In this document: positions 28,801-40,699 of the stretch, piece by piece
Layout: the number at the start of each line of letters is the position of its first letter
Position numbering within the stretch: position 1 is the stretch's first letter
Source: Lepidodermella squamata
Lineage: Eukaryota > Animalia > Gastrotricha
NCBI GenBank assembly: GCA_047495785.1
Contig: JBLDXI010000074.1
Span: forward strand, 1,426,001 to 1,490,000
Direction of reading: 5' to 3'
Length of the DNA stretch: 64,000 nt
Notes under the pieces: generated by a model
What the model saw: the letters and a program-made list of their open reading frames with translations, nothing else
What the model was told of the DNA's origin: nothing
Database searches by the model: none
Translations under genes and position numbers: made by a program

Positions 28801-31800
28801 TGTCATTTGAAAAAAATTAAATTTTTGAATTCAACTTTGAAATTTGAAAAAATTGAAATTTCAAATTTTTTCAGGAATTTTAATTTTTCTGATTTTTATT
28901 GTGATTTTTGTTGTTTCAGTCAAGCCGCAATTCGTGAACATGAAGTCGTCGGTATACCTGCCGCTGGGCCTCAACGTGAACCTGACGTGCCAGGCGGAGG
29001 CGAACCCGCCGATTTCCAAGTACTCGTGGGCGAAGGGCAACAACTTCGACATAACAGGCCCGCGGTTCCGGTTCAGCGACGACGGGCGTGTGCTCAACAT
29101 CCAGAACGTGTCGCGCGACGACGGCGGCGCCTACATCTGCTTCGTCACCAACGACGTCGCGTCCGACAAGTTCGAAATCGACGTCCAGGTCACCGATCCG
29201 CCCGTCTTCTCGGCCGTTCCGCGGCCGTTGACGCAGGTCATCCGCGGATCGGGCGTCACTATTGCGTGTAAGGCGCACGCCTCCATTGGACCGGTCATTT
29301 CTTGGATGAAAAACGGCGCCCCTCTAGAGTCAAGTGACCGACTTCAAATTTCAGAAGGTAAAATAATTCGAAATTTTTTATGAGAATTTAAATATTTTAA
29401 ATTTTGTAACTTTGAAAGCTCTCGAATTGAGGGAATAAAAAATCGAATTGAAATCGATTGGAAATCAATATCGGTTATTTCCGATTTTCGAATTTGTTCT
29501 TATAGCTTTTCTTATGAATTTAAACCCTAATTTTGTGAAGACTGGAATGTTGATTTTTTCGCTTATTTTCAGGCAATTTGATCATCCATGACGTGACGCC
29601 GGAGGACGCGGGTGAGTACCTGTGCCTGGCGCACAATGTCGCGGCGACGGTCGTCCAGAAAACGCGCATCGTCGTCGAGGACGAGAACCGGCCGCACGCG
29701 CCGCGCAATCTAACCGTCGAAACCGGCACGTACTCGGCCACGTTGACGTGGCTGCCGGCCTACAATCGCGGCATGCAGTCCTACATCGTGCAGTACCGGG
29801 CGATCGCGACCCCGGATCTGAAGCTGACTTCGAACAGGCCGGTTTCTCCGCCGCCGTGGCAGCAGATGCGCGTGTTTCCCGAGGGCGCGCTCATGTTCAC
29901 GATTTTCAATTTGCTGCCCAATTCGACGTACGAATTTCGAGTTATGGCTCGAAGCCACGACCCGGGCGATGGTCTCTACAGCACGGCTGTGGTTGAGCGA
30001 ACCAAAGGTTAGACAAATCAACCATTTTTAGCAATAAAATTATGGAAATTTTTCACGCGATTCAACAAATTTGGGACTAAACCTATTGGAAATTCGGAAT
30101 TATGAGGAGAAATATAATTGTTCGGAATTTTCATTTTTCCATTATCGGATATTTTAGCCGAATTTGTTTCATTCTTTTTTGAAAAAATTACACTTTTTAT
30201 CGGAAATGTTTGAAAATCGAAATTTATAACATTGTTGGGATATTTTATCATTTTTTATCACATATAAAAGTTCCGAAAGTCTCTGAACAAATTCCGAATT
30301 TCCTCAATGCATAATTTCGATCGCTTTTCTCGTCAATTATCATCATCGTAAAAAAATGTGTAAATGTGCGTGTTTTGAATTACCCTTTTCCTGCTGTCCA
30401 TGGGCTTTTCCGCTCATGCAGAATTGATACGCAGTGGTAGCTTGAATGGCGGCATGCCGTTGGCCGACGACGGCTTCATCGAGGACGACTTCGCCAACTC
30501 GCCGCCCCTCGTCGCCCCGTCCCAGGCGCCGCCGCCGGCTGTTGACTCGCCGCAGCTCGGGCCGGACGCGGCCGAGGACAGCGGCGAGGCGACGGACGAT
30601 GAGTTCTACCCGATCCACGATAAGATCGACTCAACTAGTACATATATAGCAAACAATTCATAAATGGGTTTAATTTATCAGTTATTTGAGACATGCGCGA
30701 AGCTTTTGATTGAAGACCTTTTCATTTCTTCCGCGCTACACTGCTATTGGTTTGGCCTTTGAGTTTTTTAGAATTTGATTGATTGATTGAAATCGATCAT
30801 TTCACTGAGTTTTCTTGAATATTGTGATGCTGCTTTGGCCTAGCAAAAAGCGGCTGATAAGTTGTTAGCATACAGAACAGTCAGCTATTATAATAGTGAG
30901 ACGCAGACAAATTCTCCGATAATACAATAAATCGAAAATAATTGTACTTTTATCGATTTTGATTTTTCGAAACCGATAAAATTTATTTTCGATTTTAAAA
31001 ATTTTAGTTTTCTTCAAATTGATTGCATCGGAGAATTTTTCGCGTCATTGACTCTTTAATTTATTTGGCTTGAGTTCGGCTTCATTTGCTATTGTCGGGA
31101 ATGATCTTTTCGAAAAAATGGAATTTTTTCATAAAATTAACCAATTTTTTCTAATTTTTCCCATAGCTCTACAGCCGATGACTTTCATGACGGCGAGCAC
31201 AAAGTCGATGCTGAGCGACCGCAGCGTCGACCTGGTCTCGGTTCCGGAAACCCTGACGTACAACGGCGGTCCGAAGCCGGCGGCGCCGCGCAACGTCACC
31301 GGCCTGGCGGCGCCCCGCTCGATCACGCTGAGGTGGTCGCCGCCGGAGAACGCGTCGTCGCGCTTCATCGCGCACACGTGCTACGCCATCGAGTACATGG
31401 CGGGGGCGGACGCGGAGTGGCGGCAGCTCGCCAACGTCTCCGCCTCCACCGACTCGTTCGTGCTGTCGAACCCGACGCCGCGGCTCGTCTACCGGTTCCG
31501 CATCGCCGCGTGCCACGGCAAGACGCTCGGCTACTACTCGGACACGATTGTGCTGGCGGCGGAGGACGCCGGCTCGGCGCTCGTCGCCGTCTCCACCGAG
31601 ACGGCCCTGCTCGGCATCGCCGGCTGCGCCGTCGTCCTCGTCATCATCATCACCGTCGTGGTCGTGTGCGTGCGCTACAACCGCGCGCCGTCGCCCTACG
31701 ACCGCCAGCGCCGCCGCCAGTGCAAGTTCGTGGCGATCGACGGCTCGCAGAACGGCTCCCCCCTCACCGCCTCCACCCCACCCAACAAGCCGCCCGTGTA

Positions 31801-33989
31801 CCACGGCGGGCTGCTGACCACGGCGAACGGCAATGGGAATTCGAAGCTGGGCAATGGCAAGTCGCTCAATGCTATTAGCCTGCTGAACGGCAACGGGCAC
31901 CAGCACGCGTCGAAGCCGTCGTGTCCGAATTCGAACTCGATGGGTTCGTGCAACGGCCCGCTGCTGCTCGGCTCTTCGTCGTCGTCGAATTCAGGCGGAA
32001 CCGCAACTCTGCCCAAGTAAGCACACGCTTTACAAAAATCAAATTTTTCACCCCTATCAGCCGGGCGGTCACAAAAACTGAAATCAGAGCGAAAATCAAC
32101 GTAGCAATGAAGACCATAGTTGATTTGCAGAATTCTTAGAATATTTTAATTTATGAAAAAATTGAGAATTTTAGTGAATTCAAATTTTCAGGATTTTCCG
32201 AGTCCTTGAAAATCGATTTCGAAACAACATTCGTCTTCAAAGTGAAATTTCGCTCTGGTTTCAGCTAATTTCAGGCTACTGATTAAAAAACAACCTAATT
32301 TTCCTCATATTTGAACTTGACTCAATCCTCGAAATTAATAAAAATACCCTTGGTTTATTCCTACAATTTTTGGAATTTATTCTTATTAATTTGGCATGAT
32401 TTTATTATTATCACTCCTTAAGCAATTGTCGGCGGAAAGGTAAATTCCTAGAAATTGGCGTCTCTCATCATTTTATTGACTAATTAGCATGCCCTAATTT
32501 TACTTGTCCTACATTGTGTCGTTTCATTATTATTTTAATTTATAAACTGTCAAAAAATCATCAGATATTTTAATTTCGTTGTAATTATTTATTTTACATT
32601 TTGCGCATTGCATCCCGCTCGTTCGTCGTCCGTGTCCTTCATCGTCCACGTGTAAAAATTCCACAGCGGAGCTTTACGTCGAAATGACCCACGAAATGTA
32701 GATGATCAACGTCGTTGATCGTCATCTTCGCCGGCATGCCCCGTGAATTTGAAAAAAAAAGAAAATAGGCTGTACCCAAAAATATTTGCAAGCCAATCAT
32801 CGTCTCAATCAACGTCGTCATCAGAAAAAAACATGTAAAAGCATAATAGTAGAACCCTCGGTTTGTAGGCAAATTAGTTCGATGTGACCCAATCTATTCG
32901 AGTTTTCATGACAAAATTTCACTGAAGAACAATAATGAAATAGCGTAGCATGTGTTTGTGTTGTGTTGAATTTCTTTCGATCAGTTTGTTGGCTACTATT
33001 TATTATCGATTTTTTGACCCCTTTAATTTCTTTTTCGCTGATTATTTTGGCCGATTTTTGTTCTAATCTGTTGTTTGCGTCGATTTTGCAGAAAGCAACT
33101 ACCTGCAAGCGCCGCCGCACTACACAACGCTCAACGGTTCGGTGTCCATGGCAGTGCCGCCCCCGGTGCCGGCGCCGTACCACATGCCAAACAGCCAGTC
33201 GAATTCGTCGCTGACGGTGAAAACGGCCGGCGGGCGGCAGGTGCGCATTGTCGACATAGCCGAGGAGGCCGTCTAGTGATCGACACCTCGGCCACTGGCA
33301 ACCACGACGACGACAACGAGCACGAGTGCGACGACGACGACGACGAGACAACGCGCTGTCTTTCATCTAATAATAACCACCCCCATCATCATCATCATCA
33401 TCATAGTAGTAGTAGCAATCCCCACCAGCATCAACACCAACATAGCAACCACCACAGGCGCATCGGGCGCCTCGAGGCGCTGCTGCTGATGGACGACGGG
33501 CACGGCGGCGGGGCGTCGCGCGTCGTCGTCAACAACCCGGGCGGCGGCACGATGGCGCTGGCGGTGCTGGACGCCGACTACGACAATGTCGCGCAGCTGT
33601 GCGACACTTGTCACCACGTCGACTCGCTGTACGTGCGCGCGCGCTCGCCGCTCGGCCGCTTCCTCGACGCGGCGGTGCGGGGCGGCGGCGGTATGGGCGG
33701 TGCTAATCACTCGTCGATGACAACAAACACGACGGATGTGACGAGTCGCACGTCGTCGTGTGACAGCACCGGCGAGTTGTCGCTCTACTCGAATGTCCCG
33801 CACAACGGCGGCGGCAGCGGCGGTGGAGTTGACATTGCGTCGCCTCGGTTGTCCGAAATGAGGACACCGCCCGTCAACGTCTACACGCCGCCGTCGTCGC
33901 AGCACCTGTCGCCGAGAGGTGCGCCGATGCCGCCGTCGTCCAACAACAGCAAGGGGGTCACCTTTGCGCCCGATGAGACGTGTATCTAG
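13879..33989 (+). CDS. Turtle/IGSF9-like Ig-superfamily adhesion receptor (~1353 aa). Exons 13879..14125, 16477..16656, 17359..17502, 27217..27870, 28920..29357, 29573..30007, 30422..30637, 31167..32016, 33092..33989
   Basis: Signal-peptide-like N-terminus; 5 Ig domains (ESDEGWYRC, ADSGRYQC, RDSGRYSC, DDGGAYIC, EDAGEYLC); 2 FN3 domains (PHAPRNL..W..LLPNSTYEFRV; PAAPRNV..WSPP..YRFRIAA); TM LLGIAGCAVVLVIIITVVVVCV; tail ends ETCI* (class I PDZ motif). All junctions are GT-AG, phases consistent, total 4062 nt. The 5 Ig + 2 FN3 layout is that of turtle/IGSF9. An acceptor at 13820 implies upstream non-coding exon(s). Confidence 0.88.
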
Positions 33990-34424
33990 ACCGACGCAGC
34001 TTTTTTTGCTCCTCAGAGATATCAAACGACTCAGATCAACAACATCTCATACACCTGTTCTTCTCGTCTCAACTACTACGACTACTTTGTAGACTGCTAT
34101 TTTCATGTGTTTTTTTGAGATGAAAGATGATTGCTACCTGCAGCAGCAACTGGTCGAGTGAAACTGCGACGCATAATTATTAGAATATCATAGGTATTAT
34201 TTGTATTTGTATTCGACTGTTCACTGATTTGCAACGAAACAGCTCTGACGTGTCTTATAAAAATTGCTTGTATTACTTCTGTGTAAAAAATACTTGATAA
34301 TATTTCTACTCTTAAATCAACTTTTGTGTACAGCAGCAGCGGAGATACTTCTTGGCAATGCATTACATTTGACATGTGCTGCTAACTACAGCAACGACTG
34401 ACAGAAAGATTGACAGAAAACGTG

Positions 34425-34430
34425 AATAAA
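34425..34430 (+). terminator. Putative polyadenylation signal of the IGSF9-like gene
   Basis: AATAAA about 435 nt downstream of the stop codon. Confidence 0.5.
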
Positions 34431-34586
34431 ATATTTGAAAATGAAATCGCAAGACTCTTTTGAAACCCACTGTACCTGCAAGCCTCAGCACCTCACGCCG
34501 TGAAATTTAGAAACCTGGTTTCTCTTCCTCTTCCCTCTCTTTCTTCCCTCTATTCTTCCCTATTCTTCCACTCTCTCTTCCCTTCT

Positions 34587-34622
34587 TCTTCCAATTGCTC
34601 TTCCAATTGCTCTTCCAATTGC
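34587..34622. repeat. (TCTTCCAATTGC)x3 tandem repeat within a CT-rich tract
   Basis: Three exact 12-nt units, read directly. Confidence 0.85.
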
Positions 34623-37317
34623 GCCAATCTGTGGCTCTCATCGAAGAGTTACACGGCCCTCGATTGGATCGTCACGACGAAAATTAAAAGCCGTATACAG
34701 TTAAATGGACTCAATCAAATTCGTCCGAACAAAAGCTGGTTGCTGACTTGAAAAGCTCGTTCCTGCTCGAGGATCCAAGTTTTCTCTAAAACTGGAGGTT
34801 AAATTTGATATTGAATTTGACTGGCTGGGTTATTTTATTGTAGTAAATGATACATGCTCTATTTTATCAAATAGTATCCTACGTCAAATATCCTTGATTG
34901 ATAGCCCTAACAATTCACATAATAGCCTGCTTCAAATATTAGCTACGCGAGTGAAAAGCAGGTTGAAGCCAGGAAAAGCATATCCCCTAAATGATTAGGA
35001 ACAAGGCTTTTCCAACTGCGGAATCACTTACGATGAAAAAGTGTTGGTGAGTTCAACCTGGCAAGCCTGTGGAAGCCGCTCATATCAACTATTAGCCTTG
35101 ATCAAAATGATGACGCAACGTTCCGGGAATAATATTTGCCTGCCCTGAATTAAACCCCCTCCAATAACCCCCCTATTTTTCGAGTTCGGAAGAAAATATT
35201 CGATAAAATACGGTATTTGAATAACGATTTTTTCTAGGCCTGTGCGTCTCAATAGCGTTGAAAATTGATTCACTTCTATTGATCACGAAAAAGCGCCGAA
35301 TGGGAGCATGACCACCCAATAATCGACCATCTTATAAAAGCGTAGGTACCTATAATTTTATTTTAGTTTCGACAAGTGCAGTTTGCCCTTGAGACAATTC
35401 AGTTTGTTCATTCATTAGTCGCCAGCTTGTTTGTTTTTCCGTTCTCTTTTTATACCGTTGAATTTCCAAGCTAATTCAATCGATCTAACAAGGCAAGTTT
35501 TTCCTCAGCTTGTTGAAGTTCGCATTTTTTGTCGTCCTAGAATTTTCTGCAAAAATAATTACTCGATCCTATATTGAATTAACAGTTTTTCGCTTGGAAT
35601 AATGAGAAAATTCCAGTTTCTGCGTCAAACGAGTTATAAAGTAACTGGTAACTGCCGGGAGCGTGTTTTACTTTTGACCAAAAAATGGGTCAACAAATTA
35701 TTCAGCAACAATTTTATTTTTGATATTTTGAAAAATTCCGCTGGTTCATATGGCCGAATTCAGCATGCATTGAGCAATCCGCAATCGATATTAGGGCGTT
35801 AATCGATAGCCAATAATCAGAGCAGTTCGAGGATTAGATTTGTGCCCCAGCTCGCAGCCCCGAATAATGATAATGATGACCTAGTTCAAATAACTGTGGC
35901 GCTTCACAGCCTGGCTCATCTCCGTCGTCACGAGGCCATCATTATATCATTATTAGGTATTATTATACGGGAACAAAGCGCGGATGCTAATATCAAAATC
36001 ACCGACCGACCGGCGTGTAAATTGCATTTCGGATGAGTGTAAGAAAAAAAAATCGCAACTTTTTTCTCTCTCGATCGCGCGCCTCATCCTCTGCTCGCAT
36101 TGTTGTACATTTTACTCTGCGTATTACAATGCGAAATGTGTCTATGTGCGCGCGTGTAGGTACCTTCAAGTGCGAATAAGAGGCTGATTTTTTCATCGTA
36201 TTTCTTGCAAAGCTCGCGCGCCACACGCGTCCCACAGCGCAATAAAATATACGTGATTATTATTATTGTCATATTTCACAATAGCGCAGCAATGCATTAC
36301 ACGTAATTTGGTAACGCAATTATACCGGCGAGGCGAAATTTTTTCCGCGCTATCGCTCGCGGACGCGGATGGCTCTCTATCGAATTAGGCCGTGTATCGA
36401 AATTTGCCAACCTTCAGCAAATCGACGTCTCAGCTGCTGGCTCTGCAGAATTCGCCGAATTCGCCTCGATCATCATCTTCATCATCATCATCATCATTTG
36501 ATTACTACCTTGGGCTCGATGTGATTACAACAACTCCCTTTATTTCGCGGCTGATAAGAAATTTTGTTGCGACTCGGAAGTTTCGCTCTAATTTACTGCT
36601 TATGGTATATTATACTCGTTGCCATCAGCTGCGATTTTTCTGACGCTTCCTGCGTTATTATTATTACTGCTTCTGCTTCTGCTTTTGCTATTATTGACAG
36701 TAGTATTTTATCGCATCGCAGCTGCTCGCGCCTTACTTTCTCGATTTTACGAATCGGTATCGTGATTATTTTATTCACCCGCCAAACCTGCCCCATTTTC
36801 ACCCGAATCAGGCAATCGCCACCAGATTGATATTTGCCCCAGAATGTTTGGGACAAGTTTGTTGCTTTTGACCATAGTAATCTTATTTTATCCTCAACCA
36901 TTTACAATTTAAACCCCCTAAAATATCCATTTAGCAGAATTCTGGACCTTTAAATGGAGAGCAGCCTCGTTTATAAGATAAGACCTTGAGATTTAGCATT
37001 CAAATTATTATGATGCGTGCATGCTTCAAGTGGTAGTCCGAAGCTTCTTGGGTTCATCACTGCCGTGTAAATCGCGCGGCATATTGCAGTTTACAGCAGC
37101 TAGCATATCGGAGAACTTGGACAACAATTACTACTCGAAGTTGTAGCCGCACGGCGTGTGGCTTTTATAGTGGTCTCAAAGTCAGGGCTCCAAGATTCAA
37201 CTTGAACGATAGAAGGGCAGGCCACAAGAATTCGACCTCAATCAAAGGTTTTGCGGATTTTGGTAGAATATTTTTAAAGTGACATCATTCAATATTCTAG
37301 ACCGAATAATATTTTAC

Positions 37318-37818
37318 GGTTCTACGACATTTCAGCCAACTCAGATCAGCCAAAACTCAGCCTAAATTAATAAATTTCACAAAATTGGGCAATTAATTGC
37401 GTAATATCAATCAAATGATTCGAGAGGGCGCTTGGGAAGGATCAGACCCAGCGGACCTGACCCAACAACGTTGGATGTTTCAGTCGTTGAAGACGGCGTG
37501 GTCCAGGAATAAGCCGTCCTTAAGGAAGGCATGGTTCAGGAAGACCGAGACCTAGAACACGGACGCGGCAAGGTCGTAATTGCGGCGAGGCAGAGGTAGC
37601 GTCTATCAAGTATCCTAAATCTGTCAATGTTTTCGGTCAAGTCCCATGGGTCTGATCCTTCTCGAACCATTTGATTGATATTACACAATTAATTGCCCAA
37701 TTTCATGACATTAATTAATTTTGGCTGAGTTTTGGCCGAGTTGTCGTTAGCTGAGATGTCGTTTCAACGATATTACAAATGTTTGGCTGAGTTGTCTTTA
37801 GCTGAAATGTCGCACTAC
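37318..37818. mobile_element. 501-bp non-autonomous foldback/MITE element, Mutator-like
   Basis: Imperfect inverted arms of about 140 bp (cgacatttcagc...aaattgggcaattaattgcgtaatatcaatcaaatg...aaggatcagaccca versus tgggtctgatcctt...catttgattgatattacacaattaattgcccaattt...gctgaaatgtcg). Exact 9-bp direct repeat ATATTTTAC at 37309..37317 and 37819..37827. No ORF. Confidence 0.85.
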
Positions 37819-38199
37819 ATATTTTACTAATATTTGCGAAGATTTGTGGGCAACATTTTTCATTTTATACAAAATTGTATCTGAGGTTTTAAATAATATA
37901 ACAAATTCCTCATGATGATTGGCCAGTAGGTCACAGGCTCAGCCTTACTACTTGAGCCAATAACTTATCTGCGTTAATTCATTTTTTGAATTTTGAATGA
38001 AGGGCGTAGTCGCGTTTCCAACCACTACGGGATAACCATTCATTGAATTTATTTCGCAAATGTTTCATAGATTGCACGATACAAGTAGCCATGGATACGA
38101 CCACCTGACTAATCAGCGTGAAAACATCGATAACGAGAATGTTTGCACGTATTAGAGCAAAATTACATCCAATGATCCAATATGGCTATATTATTTTTA

Positions 38200-38414
38200 G
38201 GATGCCCCTATTTGCACCTTATTGGTACTTATTACCTATCTGTGCATAATTTTTTCAAAACTAACCCCAACCCCAACCCCGAAACTAACCCTAATCCTGA
38301 CCATAACCCTAACCCGGAAAACCCCGAAATTTCGTGTAATAGCAAAGATCAATTTAAAAATTATGTACAAATAGTTGAAATATACCACATAATTATGTAC
38401 AGATAGGCACTTCG
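38200..38414. mobile_element. 215-bp MITE with internal telomere-like (TAACCC) repeats
   Basis: 9-bp direct repeat TTATTTTTA at 38191..38199 and 38415..38423; degenerate TIRs (12/18 match); subterminal inverted motif cctatctgtgcataatt / aattatgtacagatagg; core ctaaccccaaccccaaccccgaaactaaccctaatcctgaccataaccctaaccc. Confidence 0.72.
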
Positions 38415-40699
38415 TTATTTTTAATTGTCACTTTTATCATTGCGAAGCGGAAAGGTTAGGAACGTACCACTCCATCAGCTCAAACATTAAGGGGCTTAAT
38501 TCCTTTCGCCTTTTTGATAATGCTAAAAGGGATATCAATAACCATAGAGCTCTATCATAGAGAGGTTCATAATTTCTTTCGCGGTTTTATAATTTCTATT
38601 CGAACAGATGATTTCATTAATTTCAACACCAATGAAGCTGAAGCCCCAAACCCCAAACTTCATCAAGGTTTCTGATAAACATTATCGAGCTATGGGCAAC
38701 CCTGGAATTTGTCAATTCATTCGCTCGGTAGAACTGTCTCCGAGCTGTTTGCTCTTTTTAATACCATAGTATCGATTGATGGGTTTGACCTGCTTACGAA
38801 AACCGGAACTGGTACCATTTATGTCGTTACTCTGTAGAAATACTGAAGATAATAGCGAGGGTGGGAGGGCAGTTTTTGCAATGGTTCAAGTCCGTCACCG
38901 GATGATGTCGATTTCGTGGCGGTATCGGTATAATGATATTGATGCTATACAAGGTTATTTCCTGTGCCCCCCACACACACACATGCACACACAGGCATCT
39001 GTGGCCGATATTCGATGATAATGATAATGATTATGATGATGATGATGATGACAATTCTCAGCGTCGCGCGTATTGAAAAAATGGCGCCGGCGCCGTAGCA
39101 CTGACTGCTGATCTCATCAACCGCCGATGCTACACAGATAGATAGAAGAGATACAATACATGGCGATAATAATAATAATAATAATAATGATAATAGATTT
39201 TGCTGGCCATTTTTGTGTCTGCGGCTAGTGGTGTAATCGCATCGCGCAATTTGCTGCGCTGTGGCACGCGGCTGCACTGCTTCTGCTGCTTCTGCTGCTG
39301 CTGCGACTACGCATTATTTCACGGCCTGCAAATCAGCAGCGAGTGCCGAAAAGAATACTTTTACATGAGCGAGGCACAAGTCAACACGCACAACAATAGA
39401 CTTCCGTTGCCGTGTCAATTTTGTATTACGCAGCGCGGACGAACGCGAAAAAACCAAGAACTAACTACACTACTACTGCGCTGCTGCTCGCCTTATTCAT
39501 CATCGTACGTCCGTCCCAACTGCTATGGCGACGTTGTAGTAATCAATTTTTTATTATTTATTTTTCTCCTCTTATTACCAATAATTTTTTGACTTGTCTT
39601 TTATTATTTAAGGTATCGCGTGCGCGCGCGCGCATCTGGGGTCAATCGATTGATTGCGATTTTTCGCGCGCGCTTGCTTTATTATTATTTTTTCACTCAC
39701 TCAACTTATTAGTAGTGCGCGCAATTTTGAAAATTTGTCCTCCTCCTGCTGCTGCTAACGCTGCTGCTATCTCGCGCTTTTATTATTATCGATGAGACGA
39801 TTCCAGTTCTTCTGTAGGTACACCGCTCTCGCCCGCTCCATTTCGTCTTCATAAAATAGTAATACAACAACAGCGACTGCACAAGTGCCGCAGCTCGAGC
39901 ACTTAGATTGACTTTGGCGGTGGCAAATTTGCTCCGATTGAGATAGACTATTTCCGGGAAGGTGTCTCTTTTTTCAAAAATTTCATAAAAATCGAAATCT
40001 CTCGAAATATTATTTCGAATGACAGAATCTAGGACAAATATGGTGAATGGGCTTGAACACCTTCGACCAAGTCCAATCGAACAATTTCAGAAGGGTTAAA
40101 GGTTTATTTTTTAGTTTAAAAACTAAGCAAACGAAGCCTTTGGTTTTCTATTCTCTCCATCACAATGCAAATTCAAGGTCAAACATTTTCGAATTTTCCA
40201 CTGGGCTCATTTCCAGTCTTGTCGCATATGTAACAGTCCTTCGTGCATTTTCTTTAGGGTTTATTTTTCATTTTTATCATTTTTTCAAATTTTTTACTTT
40301 ATTCCTGAATATTATTTTCTTTTTTTAACAATTAAAGTCCCAGACTTGGTCCCACTTTCCACCAAGTCCCAGATGAAATTCTTGCCAAATCTCAGTAAGC
40401 AATACCGTAACTTAATTATGAAATTTTGCATAAAAATCCTCGGTGCTAAAAATATTAATTCAATTGTCTAAAAATAGGCTCATTAACAGTCATTAATTAA
40501 CAGCGAGGCAGTCAGGTGACAGTGCCGCGCGGTGACTTTCGCAACCGTGACGTTATCGTATCGTATACCGGCGTGCCGTTGTGTAGCTGTGCCGTGATAT
40601 GCCGCCGCCGGTCGTCGCCGCGCGGTAGATGCGGCCCGCCGGCGGTCACGTGATGCGCCATCGCAAGAAACGCGCCGCCGCATAACCCGCCGCGCCGCT

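Noticed and set aside
33598-33618. CDTCH resembling a heme-c CxxCH motif
   Set aside because: It lies in a low-complexity cytoplasmic tail of an animal receptor with no cytochrome context; probably chance.
27164-34025. Many long overlapping or antisense ORFs over the Ig/FN3 exons (likewise 40483..41290 over the GPCR)
   Set aside because: Expected by-product of very high GC3 leaving few stops in alternative frames; no domain signal.
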